From NCBI GenBank assembly GCA_040878325.1, contig JBBDMM010000016.1, forward strand, positions 124,001 to 188,000: DNA of 64,000 bases, written 5' to 3'. Numbering within the stretch: position 1 is the stretch's first letter; each line of letters starts with the position of its first letter. The notes below the pieces were generated by a model. The model ran no database searches, was not told where the DNA came from, and saw only the letters and a program-made list of their open reading frames with translations. The position numbers and the translations under genes are program-made. Source of the stretch: Acidimicrobiia bacterium (GTDB lineage: Bacteria; Actinomycetota; Acidimicrobiia; Spongiisociales; UBA11373). Shown piece after piece: positions 39,809-49,782 of the stretch.

Positions 39809-41500
39809 CTACCCACACTCCTCGGTACTCAGGGGTGAGGATCCGGTTTCCAGGCCGGCGAACACCTGGCGGATGTAGGCGCGCGCCCGGTCGGGGTCGA
39901 TGACGGGCAGGAACCGGTAGTTGCGCTTGGGGGCGAGGTTGCCCTGTTCGATGGCCCCGGTGGTGATGTCGTCGGTGTCGAGGGCGGCCACGAGCGTGAT
40001 CAGGTCGGGCAACACTCGCAGGGGGATGTTGGTGGTCACATGGCGCTCGATCGTGGTGGCCAGGCGAGGGAATTCCCGCAGGATTCGATACGCGTCGGCC
40101 TGGGCCGCCACCTCACGGATGAGACAGCGCTGACGTCGGGTCCGCACGATGTCGTTGGAATCGCTGCGGTTGCGGGCGTAGGCGAGGGCGGTCCGGCCGT
40201 CCATGCGCTGTCGCCCCGGACTCAGTTCGAGCATGAACTCCTCGTCACCGGGTTTGGCCGGCGAGAAGAGAACGTTCATCGATGAACGCACGGTCACCGT
40301 CACGCCACCGATCGCGTCGATCACGTCGACGAAGCCGGCAAAGTCGACCAACACGTAGTAGTCGATCGGGATCGCCAGGGTCGCCTCGATGACGTCGATC
40401 AGGGCCTCCATTCCCGGGCTGACCCCGTTGGGGTACCGATTGGTGAATGAGGTCGACGATGGATACACCGCATTGATGCGATCGAGCCAGATCTGGCGGG
40501 GCCGTTCTTCGGGCTCCGGGTCCGTCGCCTGGGTCGAGCCGTTCTCCTCGGCAAGCTTTGCGAGGTTGAAGAGGTAGTCCTGCTTGGACTGGTACTCGCC
40601 CTGCAGCGACGTGGGCAGCAGCCAGCCAACGGTTTCCCGGCTGATGCTGATGATCGATGCCTGGTTGGTCGCGAGGTCGAGTGAGGCGAGCATCATCACG
40701 TCGGTCCGCAGACCGGTTCGCCCCGGCCCGGCGTCTCCACCAGCGAGCAGCACCGTGACTCGGGTGTTGGCGGTAGGTGACAGCGTCGGGTCCGGGAGTT
40801 CTCCAAATTCGACTCCCCCGGTGGGAATCGTCCCCCGCGGGAGGGTCGTCGTCGTCGACGGCGGAACGGTGGTGGTGGTGGCCGAAACCGAACCACCGAA
40901 TCGAGCGGCATCGGCGGCGACCCTCACCCGGATCTCCGCGGCGGCCGCCTGGGCGTCGTCGACGAACACCCGGTCCAGCAAGGTGAGCAGGGCGCTGGCC
41001 CGCTCACCCACGAAGACGTGCGGCACCACCAGGAACAGCACCAGGACGGTGGCGATTCCGCCGCGAACGAGGACAGCCCAGTTCTGGGAACGCGTCTCGA
41101 ACGCAGGTGCCAGCCGATATGCGTCCACCGCGGCAACGACCCGTAGCGCCGCGATGACCAGGTTGGCGATCACCAGGCCCCAGACCCATTTCGGCTGCAC
41201 CAGGAGGCCGAGGAGCCCGATCGTGCCCCTGCCGTAGAAGTAGAAGGCGGTCAGCAACACGACCAGGCTGCCCGCGAGGAACGGTGCGGCCCGGCGCCAC
41301 TTCCGAAGGAACAGGTGACCCGACCCGGGAACGATCAGCGACAGCGCCGCCGCGGCGACCCCCCGCCACCGATCCGGAATCCACGTGCGCGACAACGAGT
41401 TGTCGGCCGGCGGTGCATCGTCGGCGGCCTCAGCCTCGACCAGAGGCGCCTCCTCGGCGCCGGACGCCTCGTCGGGTTGGTCGTCCGTGGGTTTGGCCAC
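39809..41500 (-). CDS. LCP (LytR-CpsA-Psr) family glycopolymer transferase with a multi-TM N-terminus
   Basis: GLRTDVMML, RINAVY, IDYYVLVDF, ALAYARNR, DIVRTRRQ; GTG 41500 with GGAGG SD. Confidence 0.9.
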   Translation of the reverse strand: MAKPTDDQPDEASGAEEAPLVEAEAADDAPPADNSLSRTWIPDRWRGVAAAALSLIVPGSGHLFLRKWRRAAPFLAGSLVVLLTAFYFYGRGTIGLLGLLVQPKWVWGLVIANLVIAALRVVAAVDAYRLAPAFETRSQNWAVLVRGGIATVLVLFLVVPHVFVGERASALLTLLDRVFVDDAQAAAAEIRVRVAADAARFGGSVSATTTTVPPSTTTTLPRGTIPTGGVEFGELPDPTLSPTANTRVTVLLAGGDAGPGRTGLRTDVMMLASLDLATNQASIISISRETVGWLLPTSLQGEYQSKQDYLFNLAKLAEENGSTQATDPEPEERPRQIWLDRINAVYPSSTSFTNRYPNGVSPGMEALIDVIEATLAIPIDYYVLVDFAGFVDVIDAIGGVTVTVRSSMNVLFSPAKPGDEEFMLELSPGRQRMDGRTALAYARNRSDSNDIVRTRRQRCLIREVAAQADAYRILREFPRLATTIERHVTTNIPLRVLPDLITLVAALDTDDITTGAIEQGNLAPKRNYRFLPVIDPDRARAYIRQVFAGLETGSSPLSTEECG

Positions 41501-41674
41501 TGCCCCTCCAAGGCTCATCGAGTCTTCGAAGACGATCCCGCAACGATTACGACGCTCTGCCGGGCCGTTCGAGTTCCCGCCAGAACATGCCAACGATACG
41601 ACGGTTCTAGGTCTACGACCCCCGAGCCCCGGTGGCAGCGCCCGATGCGTCAGGAACCGTTACCGTCGCACTCG

Positions 41675-42604
41675 GTGACCGAACCATCTCCTTCTCGCGA
41701 CCTGACGCGACGCGTCCTCGTGACCGGAGCCGGGACCCGCACCGAGGCCTATGGCGCAGTCGATTGGGTCCTGTTGGCCGGGACCTCTCTCATCTGGGGA
41801 GCATCGTTCCTGTTCATCGCCGAGGGGCTCGAGACCATCGCCCCGGGCACGATCGCCTGGGCTCGCCTCGTGCTTGGGGTGGCGGCCCTCGGACTGCTGC
41901 CGGCGGCCCGGCGCCCGATTCCTCGCGGCGACTGGCCCCGGATCGCCGCGGTGGCATTCGCAGGCGTCGGCATGCCGGCCCTCCTCTTTGCCCTGGCGGA
42001 GCAATGGGTGTCGTCAGCCGTCGCCGGGATGCTGGTGAGCGCCACTCCGCTGGCCACGGTATTGATCGGAGTGGGCATCGACCGGGCGCTGCCGTCTCGC
42101 CCGCAGCGTTGGGGAGTACTCATCGGCCTCCTCGGGGTCGTGATGCTCTCCATACCTGACGTCACCGGGGCCGGCGCCTCGGTCCTGGGGATCCTCCTGG
42201 TGTTGGTGGCGGTATTCGGATACGGGTTCGCCAATCAGTTGTACCCGCCCCTCACCCAGCGCCACGGCGCCCTCGCCACGATGTTCTGGGCACAGGTGGC
42301 AGCCGCCGCCGTCCTCACTCCGCTCGGGGTCGCCGGCCTCGCTCGTTCCTCGTTCTCGTGGGTGCCGGTACTCTCCGTCGTCGCGCTGGGTGTCCTCGGG
42401 ACCGGTTGGGCGCGCGTGATGCACCTGACACTGGTCGGTAGGGTCGGGGCCAACAGAGGGACCATTGCCGGGTACCTGATCCCGGTGGTCGCACTGGGGC
42501 TCGGAGTGATGGTGAGAGGCGAGGCGGTCGAGCCGGTGCAGCTACTCGGTGTCGCGGTGGCAGTGTCCGGTGGATGGCTCTTGAGCAGGAGGGAACCAGG
42601 GTGA
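41675..42604 (+). CDS. EamA/DMT family transporter
   Basis: IWGASFLFI, two EamA repeats, YLIPVVA; start 41675 or 41645. Confidence 0.88.
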   Translation: MTEPSPSRDLTRRVLVTGAGTRTEAYGAVDWVLLAGTSLIWGASFLFIAEGLETIAPGTIAWARLVLGVAALGLLPAARRPIPRGDWPRIAAVAFAGVGMPALLFALAEQWVSSAVAGMLVSATPLATVLIGVGIDRALPSRPQRWGVLIGLLGVVMLSIPDVTGAGASVLGILLVLVAVFGYGFANQLYPPLTQRHGALATMFWAQVAAAAVLTPLGVAGLARSSFSWVPVLSVVALGVLGTGWARVMHLTLVGRVGANRGTIAGYLIPVVALGLGVMVRGEAVEPVQLLGVAVAVSGGWLLSRREPG

Positions 42605-43917
42605 GCACGCCATTGGGCCGCGCGAATGTCCTCTACCTCGCCCTCATCGCGCTGGCGACCGCGGCGATCGTCTGGTCCCTGATGTTCCAAGATCCCTTCG
42701 CCGGAAAAGGTCCATCGGTAGCCGCCACCACCTCGACCGCGGGCGACCCGTCGGGTACGACCCTTCCCGACGGGACCGCAACCACCCTCCCCGACGGTGG
42801 GGCCACCACCCTCCCCGGCGCCTCGACCACGCTGCCCGCCTCGCCACTCACCGGCATCGGCCTCCAGACGATCGCCGAAGGGTTCGCCCAGCCCGTGTTT
42901 CCGATCGCGATGCCCGGCGAGGACATCCTGCTCGTCGTCGAGCGGGGTGGCCGTATCAAACGGGTCGATCCGGGCACGGGTCAGGTCGATTCGACCCTCT
43001 TTCTCGACGTGGTGAACAAGACCCACGCCAATGCCGGGATCGAGGTGGGCCTGCTGGGGTTGGCGTTCCATCCCGACTTCGAGACCAACCGCCGCGCATT
43101 CATCTACTACACCGACCTCGACTTCGATGCCGTGCTGATCGAGTACCGGGTGAACGCCAACGGCGTCGCCGATCCAACCAGCGAGAAGCTTGTCCTCAAG
43201 GTGGACCGCCTCGCCGCGGGCGAGCACCGCCACAACGCCGGCATGATGCAATTCGGACCGGATGGATACCTCTACATCGCGTCGGGCGACAACGGCGAGT
43301 TCTCGATCAACCCGCAGAATCCCGACACGCTGAAGGGGGCAATCCTCCGAATCGATGTCGACTCTGCCTCGCCCTATGGCACCCCCGGTGACAACCCGTG
43401 GGCGGACGGGTCAGGCGCGCCCGAGACCTGGGCGATCGGGCTGCGTAACCCGTGGCGGTTCGCCATCGACCCGGTCGACCAACTCATGTACATCGGCGAT
43501 GTCGGCCAGTCGACCTGGGAAGAAGTGAACGTGGTCCCACTCGCGCCGGCCGGTTACAACTTTGGGTGGCCCGAGATGGAAGGGACGATGTGCTGGTCGC
43601 CCGCGTCGGACTGCCAAATGGACGGCATGGAGATGCCGGTCATCCAGGTCAATCACGACGGCGGCCACTGCTCGATGACGGCGGGGTACGTGTATCGGGG
43701 TGCAGCCATGCCCGAGCTGAGCGGCCACTTCTTCTTCAGCGATTGGTGTTCCGGTTTCATCCGGTCGTTCCGCTACGAGAACGGCGAGGCGGGCGAGGTC
43801 ACCGACTGGGGATTGGAGGATGTCGGCCAGGTCACCTCATTCGGAGTCGACTCCGACGGCGAGCTGCTCGTCACCACCTGGACCGGCTCGCTTATGAGGC
43901 TGGTGCCCGAGCGCTGA
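42601..43917 (+). CDS. PQQ-dependent sugar dehydrogenase (GSDH beta-propeller), membrane-anchored
   Basis: GLLGLAFHP, HNAG, FGPDGYLY, GLRNPWR, GDVGQ..EEVN, NFGWP; TTLPDG-repeat linker. Confidence 0.9.
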   Translation: MSTPLGRANVLYLALIALATAAIVWSLMFQDPFAGKGPSVAATTSTAGDPSGTTLPDGTATTLPDGGATTLPGASTTLPASPLTGIGLQTIAEGFAQPVFPIAMPGEDILLVVERGGRIKRVDPGTGQVDSTLFLDVVNKTHANAGIEVGLLGLAFHPDFETNRRAFIYYTDLDFDAVLIEYRVNANGVADPTSEKLVLKVDRLAAGEHRHNAGMMQFGPDGYLYIASGDNGEFSINPQNPDTLKGAILRIDVDSASPYGTPGDNPWADGSGAPETWAIGLRNPWRFAIDPVDQLMYIGDVGQSTWEEVNVVPLAPAGYNFGWPEMEGTMCWSPASDCQMDGMEMPVIQVNHDGGHCSMTAGYVYRGAAMPELSGHFFFSDWCSGFIRSFRYENGEAGEVTDWGLEDVGQVTSFGVDSDGELLVTTWTGSLMRLVPER

Positions 43918-43933
43918 GCGACGCGCCGTTCGG

Positions 43934-44977
43934 TCATCCCCCCTGCGACTGCCACTCCCACCAGGCGGCTTTGGGGCGGAGGGCGCGATCGACCAGGCCC
44001 ATCGAGGCGAACGGCCCCTGCACTTGCTGGTCGTAGAGGAACGACCAGATGTAGAAGGCGACGTCGGCGTCTTCGATCAACTCGTGGAACCGGGTGACGA
44101 ACGCCAACTGCTTCTCCTCGGAGCCCGAGTACGCGCCATATTCACCGGCCGATTGCCAGCCCATCTCGGTGAAGGCGATCCGGCGCCCACCGGCGTAGTC
44201 GTTGAGTCGGCTGTAGTAATCCTCGGGAATCTCGGCCGGGTCGCTGAAGACCAGCCCGGGATAGGTGGTGAAGGCGATGATGTCGGCATCCGGGAAGCGA
44301 TCGATCAGGGTCCATAAGGCGAGTTCGGGGTCGTTGACCCCGCCGAACAGCCCACCGAGCATGCCCGAGATCCTCTCGAGCTGGAACGAGGTGAACATCT
44401 CCGTGTCGGGTGACACTTCGTCGACGGCGACCGCCACCGCCGCGAACAGCTCGGCGAATCGGTCGAAGTCCTGGGGGCGAAGCCGCCATTGGCTGTCGAT
44501 CTCGACCCCCAACCCCAGATACGGCGGCCGGCAATTGGCCGCATACGAGCGCGCGGCCGTGACATAGCGATCGAAGGTCTCATCGTCGATCAGACGGAGC
44601 AGCACGCCGTCGTCGACATTGAAGACCCCGGTGATGCTGAGGGGAAAGTACCCGTATTTCGCAGCGAGTCCGTCGACCACCGCCAGGCCCGAGCTGGGTG
44701 GCTCCTCCCACTCGAGGATGTCGCCGACCCGTTCGATGGCTTCGCCGTTGGCGGCCGCCGTTTCGAGGAACTCGACAAGGCTGTTCCCCTCGTAGTCGAC
44801 CGGCGACAGGGAGAAGCCCCGGAACGGTTCCTCCGGCGCGGGCACGGGCCCAACGGTGGGGTCGCACCCGGTGGTGATCGGTACCGACGAGGTGGTGGTG
44901 CTCGACGCGCTCTCATCCGCGCATGCGGTCGCCACCAGGGCGAACAGCAAGCCGATGATCGCGCCACCCGGGCGCAT
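43934..44977 (-). CDS. Putative lipoprotein with a TIM-barrel glycoside-hydrolase-like domain
   Basis: Lipobox VATAC, Ser/Thr linker, GLGVEID and FTEMGW resembling clan GH-A catalytic motifs; start 44977 or 44986. Confidence 0.65.
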   Translation of the reverse strand: MRPGGAIIGLLFALVATACADESASSTTTSSVPITTGCDPTVGPVPAPEEPFRGFSLSPVDYEGNSLVEFLETAAANGEAIERVGDILEWEEPPSSGLAVVDGLAAKYGYFPLSITGVFNVDDGVLLRLIDDETFDRYVTAARSYAANCRPPYLGLGVEIDSQWRLRPQDFDRFAELFAAVAVAVDEVSPDTEMFTSFQLERISGMLGGLFGGVNDPELALWTLIDRFPDADIIAFTTYPGLVFSDPAEIPEDYYSRLNDYAGGRRIAFTEMGWQSAGEYGAYSGSEEKQLAFVTRFHELIEDADVAFYIWSFLYDQQVQGPFASMGLVDRALRPKAAWWEWQSQGG

Positions 44978-44988
44978 GGATGACATGG

Positions 44989-45306
44989 TCAGGGAGTGAG
45001 CAGTTCCAGGGCCCTCCGAAAGTGAGCCAGCCCCTCGACTTGCTTGATGAACGCCGGAGTCTTGTTGAACCGATCGGCAATCTCGGCGTGGCTCGCACCC
45101 GAGCCGCGGAAGGAGAGCACCCGGTTCTCGAGCGCCCGCGACTTGAGGTTTGGTGGCGGCCCGCTGCGAGGAATTGCCGACCATTCGATGATCCGACCGA
45201 TATGGTCCGGGCTCCGCCGGAAGGCCGCCCCGATGTCTTCGAGACTATGGCCGTCGGCCCGCATCGCGAGCACCCGCCGCTCGACTGGCCGCAAGTGATC
45301 GTGCAT
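44989..45306 (-). CDS. Small protein with two tandem HTH-like repeats
   Basis: ERRVLAMRADGHSLEDIGAAFRRS / ENRVLSFRGSGASHAEIADRFNKT; GGAGG SD before ATG 45306. Confidence 0.75.
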   Translation of the reverse strand: MHDHLRPVERRVLAMRADGHSLEDIGAAFRRSPDHIGRIIEWSAIPRSGPPPNLKSRALENRVLSFRGSGASHAEIADRFNKTPAFIKQVEGLAHFRRALELLTP

Positions 45307-45362
45307 TTCGTGCCTCCCCTCCGTCTCAACCGTAGCGGCCCCGGCGGCCTCCGGGGGTCGGC

Positions 45363-45797
45363 TCAGAGAAGCAGCGCCGCAACCAATGCGTCGACGTCGT
45401 CGGTTCCCACCCGGAACACCCTTTCCGACCGGAGTTGTAGCTCGGCCGCGTCGCGCCCCCAGACGTTCCATAGAGCCCCGCGGCGGATCCACCGGATGCC
45501 GAGCCCGTGCCACCACTCGTTCCGCACCGGCCGAACCGAGACGATGTCGGCCCGGGAAATGGTCTTGCGGGGCCAGCCGCGCCCGAAGTACACCCGGATC
45601 TGCTCGACGTCCACCAGCACCGTGAGCATCGAGAAGGTGACCGTCACCCATGACAGGGCCACGAGGTAGACCGCGATCAGCAGCCACGCCCACAGCGGCG
45701 CCCCCTCCAGAACAACACCCCCCAAGACGACCACCAACAGCGGGACCATGATCCAGTGCAGCAGGAAGGACCGCTGAGTGTGCTCGTAACGGTTCAC
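45363..45797 (-). CDS. Hypothetical 2-TM membrane protein with a PH-like C-terminal domain
   Basis: Two TMs, then GLGIRW, WNVWG, RVGTDD; GTG overlaps the Rieske stop. Confidence 0.7.
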   Translation of the reverse strand: MNRYEHTQRSFLLHWIMVPLLVVVLGGVVLEGAPLWAWLLIAVYLVALSWVTVTFSMLTVLVDVEQIRVYFGRGWPRKTISRADIVSVRPVRNEWWHGLGIRWIRRGALWNVWGRDAAELQLRSERVFRVGTDDVDALVAALLL

Positions 45798-46795
45798 TCC
45801 ACGGCCTCTTGTAGCCGCGCCTGGAACCAACCGAGCGCCCCCTCGTGCTTGACACTCAGCGGGCCGGATTGGTAGATCCCGGCGTCGAGGTTCCGCTGCA
45901 CCGCCTCGCAGATCGCCTGATCCTGATCGAGGGTGACTCCCGAGATCTTCACCGCCTCCTCATTGGCGGGGTCGTCGGGATCGCGGAAGAAGTACTCGTA
46001 GACCACCCGGGTGCGGTGAGGGCCGTCGGGGAGGATCCGCTCGACGTTCATGCCGTCGGCATAGACGTTGAGGGCGAGGTTTGGGTAGCGGAACAACCAG
46101 CGACCGGCGTTCACCGCCCCGTCTCGTGCCGGAGCCGAATGGAGGCAATACCCGCCATCGGCGAATACCTCCACCGAGTAGCGCCGCAGGTCGATTTCCC
46201 GGCTGAGCTCGGGATGCACGATGGGGATGTGATAGCCCTCGAGGTAGTTGTCGACATACGTCTTCCAGTTGCAGGCGAGGACCCGCGTCTGCTCGTGGGT
46301 GAATTCGAACTCCTCCATCGGGAACTCGGCGCATTGATCGGCGAAACCGCCGAGTGCCTCGCTCAGGGGCGGGGCGCCCGGGTCGAGACAGACCCAGATG
46401 AGATTCCGCCACTGTTCCACCCGGATCGGCGGTAGGCCCAGCCCGGCGGGGGGCGGCTCATCCCCGAAGTCCCGGGGGTTGCGCAACGAGCCGTCCCAGT
46501 CGTAGGCCCACCCGTGATATCGGCACACCAGGTTCCCCGCCGACCCGTGACCGTCGGGCACGATGGGTCCCGCGCGGTGGGCGCATACGTTGTGAAATCC
46601 TCGCAACGACCCGTCCGGGGCGACGACGACGAAGATCGGCCAGCCGGCGATCGTGGATGCCACGAAGCGGCCCGGCGCAGAAAGCCGGGCGGACGGGGCG
46701 AACACCAACCACTCCCGCGCCCATACGGCGAGACGCTCACGTTCATGGACCCCGGCATCCCCGTACCACGACGCCGGAAGGGCATAAACCGTCAC
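45794..46795 (-). CDS. Rieske non-heme iron oxygenase alpha subunit (choline monooxygenase-like)
   Basis: NVCAHR...CRYHGW Rieske motif; NWKTYVDNYLEGYHIPIVH; DQAICEAVQ. Confidence 0.9.
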   Translation of the reverse strand: MTVYALPASWYGDAGVHERERLAVWAREWLVFAPSARLSAPGRFVASTIAGWPIFVVVAPDGSLRGFHNVCAHRAGPIVPDGHGSAGNLVCRYHGWAYDWDGSLRNPRDFGDEPPPAGLGLPPIRVEQWRNLIWVCLDPGAPPLSEALGGFADQCAEFPMEEFEFTHEQTRVLACNWKTYVDNYLEGYHIPIVHPELSREIDLRRYSVEVFADGGYCLHSAPARDGAVNAGRWLFRYPNLALNVYADGMNVERILPDGPHRTRVVYEYFFRDPDDPANEEAVKISGVTLDQDQAICEAVQRNLDAGIYQSGPLSVKHEGALGWFQARLQEAVE

Positions 46796-46846
46796 ATTTC
46801 TCCTTCGGGTGATGTCATTCTGCCCATTTCGCGGAGGCGGAGCCCC

Positions 46847-48022
46847 TCAGTGCTCCCCGACCGACCGCGGGCCTGGCCGGGATACCGACCGGCTGTCGAC
46901 GATCTTGGCGGCGACGGGGCCGACCACCGCCGTGACCAGCACGTACCCGACGGCCAGCAGGCCGAGGCGTTCATCGACCCCGGCGGCCAGTCCGAGGCCC
47001 GCGATCACGATCGAGAACTCGCCGCGCGCCACCAGCAGCACCCCGGCACGGAGTCGCGCCGACCGGCCCGCGCCGACCCGGGCAGCCGCCCACCAACCCA
47101 CGAGGAGCTTGGTCACGGACGATGCCACCGCGAGCGCGAGTACCGCGAAGGCAATCGGCGGGAGAGCGCGCGGGTCCGTCTGGATGCCGAAGAACACGAA
47201 GAAGACCGCAGCGAACAGGTCACGGAGGGGGGCCAACAGGGTCCGGGCGCGCCCGACGGCCTCGCCGGAGACCCCGATCCCAACCAGAAATGCCCCGACT
47301 GCTGCCGAGACACTGAGGCGCTCGGCCGCTCCGGCGACAAGCAGGGTGATGCCGAGCAGGGTGAGCAGGTTCACCTCATCGGAAGACGAGAACATTGCCC
47401 GGCTGATCCGATCGCCGTGACGAGCGCCGATCGCCAGGATCAGCGCGACGGCCACCAGGGCAGCCGTCGCCGCCAGGACGACGCCGCTGAACTCACCGCC
47501 GATGGCGATGGCACCGAGCACGGGCAGTAGCACGGCCATCGCCAGGTCTTCGAAGACAAGCAACGAGAGCACAGCCGGCGTTTCGCGGTTGGCAAGCCAC
47601 CCGAGATCGGAGATCAACTTGGCGATGACGCCCGATGATGAGATGTAGGTGACCCCGCCGAGGAACAACGCACCAGTGGGCCCGAGGCCCAGCACCAACC
47701 CGCCGATGAGACCGGGGGCGGCATTGATCGCGAGGTCGGTGAACCCGACCGGGGCGGTCGACCTAACGCTCGACACCAGCTCGCGGCCGGTGAATTCGAG
47801 CCCGAGCATCAGGAGGAGCAGCACCACCCCGATCTCGGCGCCGATCTCGATGAAGTCCTCAGAGATGACGATCGGGGCAATCCCCCCATCGCCGATGGCG
47901 AGGCCGCCGATCAGGTAGAGCGGGATCGGGGAGAATCCGAACCGGGCGGCGAGTCGGCCCAGCAACCCGAGGCCGAGGACGATTCCCCCCAGCTCGAGTA
48001 AGAGGAGTGCCCCCTCGTGCAC
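46847..48022 (-). CDS. khtU: CPA2 cation:proton antiporter (KhtU/YhaU-like)
   Basis: LGLEF, SSSG, FEDL, ARGEFS; paired with khtT. Confidence 0.85.
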   Translation of the reverse strand: MHEGALLLLELGGIVLGLGLLGRLAARFGFSPIPLYLIGGLAIGDGGIAPIVISEDFIEIGAEIGVVLLLLMLGLEFTGRELVSSVRSTAPVGFTDLAINAAPGLIGGLVLGLGPTGALFLGGVTYISSSGVIAKLISDLGWLANRETPAVLSLLVFEDLAMAVLLPVLGAIAIGGEFSGVVLAATAALVAVALILAIGARHGDRISRAMFSSSDEVNLLTLLGITLLVAGAAERLSVSAAVGAFLVGIGVSGEAVGRARTLLAPLRDLFAAVFFVFFGIQTDPRALPPIAFAVLALAVASSVTKLLVGWWAAARVGAGRSARLRAGVLLVARGEFSIVIAGLGLAAGVDERLGLLAVGYVLVTAVVGPVAAKIVDSRSVSRPGPRSVGEH

Positions 48023-48024
48023 CT

Positions 48025-48510
48025 TCAGCCCGACCGAAGAATCTCGCGGACGCCGGAGATGCCCTCGGAGGTGCCGACCACGACGAGCACATCGTCGGCC
48101 TCCATCCGGAACTCGGGTCCGGGGGCCGGATGAGGGTCCTCACCGCGGAGCACCGCAACGACGGAGACACCGGTGCGAGTTCGGATGCGAGCATCGCCGA
48201 TGGTTCGCCCCACGTACTTGGCGTGCGGGTCGATGGTCAGCCAGTCGATCGCCAACCCCTCGATCTGATGCTGCAGTTGGGAGAGGTTCTCCACCACACG
48301 AGACCCACCGAGGAGGTCGACGAGGTCATGGGCCTCGTCGTCGGAGAGATCCAGTGTCACGATCGGGGTGTCGGGATCGTGTTCTGGGCACACGAACACC
48401 TCGCGCCGCCCGGAGCGATGATGGATGACTCCGATCCGCCTGCCGTCCCCGGTGGTGAACTCGAACCGGGTTCCGACCCCGGGCAGGTTGGTTCTCTCGA
48501 TTTCCGTCAA
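48025..48510 (-). CDS. khtT: Antiporter regulatory subunit with RCK_C domain (KhtT/YhaT-like)
   Basis: LPGVGTRF, IRTRTGVSVVAV, PGPEF; TTG start. Confidence 0.88.
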   Translation of the reverse strand: MTEIERTNLPGVGTRFEFTTGDGRRIGVIHHRSGRREVFVCPEHDPDTPIVTLDLSDDEAHDLVDLLGGSRVVENLSQLQHQIEGLAIDWLTIDPHAKYVGRTIGDARIRTRTGVSVVAVLRGEDPHPAPGPEFRMEADDVLVVVGTSEGISGVREILRSG

Positions 48511-48576
48511 GGGGGACCTCCGGCGTCGCCTGGCTGCCCGATTATGGCGACTCGGCGATGTCCCCGTGGCCGCCGT

Positions 48577-49047
48577 TCAGGCCAATGAGCCTCGGACCTC
48601 GGCTCCACCTTCATCGAGATCCGCAATGACCCGGTCAACGAAGTCCTTGACGCTGCTCTCGGCGAAGCGATGGAGCAGCGTCCGGTCGAGCACCTGGCCG
48701 ACGATTCCGAGGGGAGGCTTGTAGGTGCCCTGGAACGTCACCTGGGTGAGGTCGGGCCCCATCGCGGCGACGGACAACTCGGCCTCCATCGTCGGAAAGA
48801 GGGCTGGGGAGCCGGTAGCCCACCATGAGAGCGGCACGGTGGTCGAGTCCGACCGATGGATCGGTTCGCCCATCTCGAGGGTCACGGTCTTGGCGACCAT
48901 GCCGGGGCCGCTGAGGGTGGCCATCAGGGCTTCGCCGTGGCGATACGCGACGCCAGCCGACCGGGAGAGACCACTCCTCAGCGCCATTAGGTCGTGTGAC
49001 ACATCGGTGAACGGTCGAGCGACGAGGCCGAAGTACTGGACGAACAT
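48577..49047 (-). CDS. Hypothetical protein, SRPBCC/START-like
   Basis: PLSWWATG, LFPTMEAEL, GTYKPPLG..G...D motifs; start ATG 49047. Confidence 0.7.
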   Translation of the reverse strand: MFVQYFGLVARPFTDVSHDLMALRSGLSRSAGVAYRHGEALMATLSGPGMVAKTVTLEMGEPIHRSDSTTVPLSWWATGSPALFPTMEAELSVAAMGPDLTQVTFQGTYKPPLGIVGQVLDRTLLHRFAESSVKDFVDRVIADLDEGGAEVRGSLA

Positions 49048-49173
49048 GTGGCAAGTCCAGCGGTTGTCACCCCGCCTCGATAGGGCCATAGGTCAGCACG
49101 CCGGTCCCAACATGTTTCCCTGCGAAGCGGCCATGGGTACGTAACCGCACCCGACCGAAAAGGAGCGAGGCGT

Positions 49174-49764
49174 ATGAACCGGCAACATTTGGATGAGCTT
49201 TTGTATCAGGCGATCGAGACCGAGCTGGGAGGCGAGAAGCTGTATCGAGCCGCCATCGCCAGTGCGGTGAATACTGATCTGGCCAAAGAGTGGAAGACGT
49301 ATCTGGAAGAGACCCTGCAACACCAGGAGATTCTCCGCAGCATCTTCAAAGTGGCCGGACTCGACGTCGACACCGAGACGATCGGAAGACTGGCCGTGCG
49401 AGCCAAGGGTACGGCGCTGGTGGCCGCGGTCAAGGCCGCCCGATTGGCCGATCCCCGCATCGGTGAGCTGGTTGCCGCGGAGTCGGTGGTGGAAGCCGAG
49501 TCGAAGGACCACCAGAACTGGGAGCTTCTCGGCAGGATGGCCGAACATGTCGACGGCGCGCTCGGTGATGCGTTGCGCGAGGCCTACGACGAGGTCGGCG
49601 AACAGGAGGCCGAGCACCTCTTTCACACGATGGGTTGGGCGCGCGAGCTATGGCTCGACTATCTCGGCGTGCCGGCCGTGCTCCCGCCACCGGAAGAGCA
49701 GAAGAGCGTCAAGACCCAGATCGGCGCCGGCCGCGCCGAGAAGGCCCGCGAGGACTACCTCTGA
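49174..49764 (+). CDS. Ferritin-like domain stress protein
   Basis: ETELGG, EETLQH, AESKDH, EQEAEH (ExxH pairs); AAGGAG SD. Confidence 0.85.
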   Translation: MNRQHLDELLYQAIETELGGEKLYRAAIASAVNTDLAKEWKTYLEETLQHQEILRSIFKVAGLDVDTETIGRLAVRAKGTALVAAVKAARLADPRIGELVAAESVVEAESKDHQNWELLGRMAEHVDGALGDALREAYDEVGEQEAEHLFHTMGWARELWLDYLGVPAVLPPPEEQKSVKTQIGAGRAEKAREDYL

Positions 49765-49782
49765 CACGGCCCCGACCTTGCA

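Noticed and set aside
42750..42840. TTLPDG tandem peptide repeats
   Set aside because: Ordinary Thr/Pro linker of a membrane-anchored enzyme.
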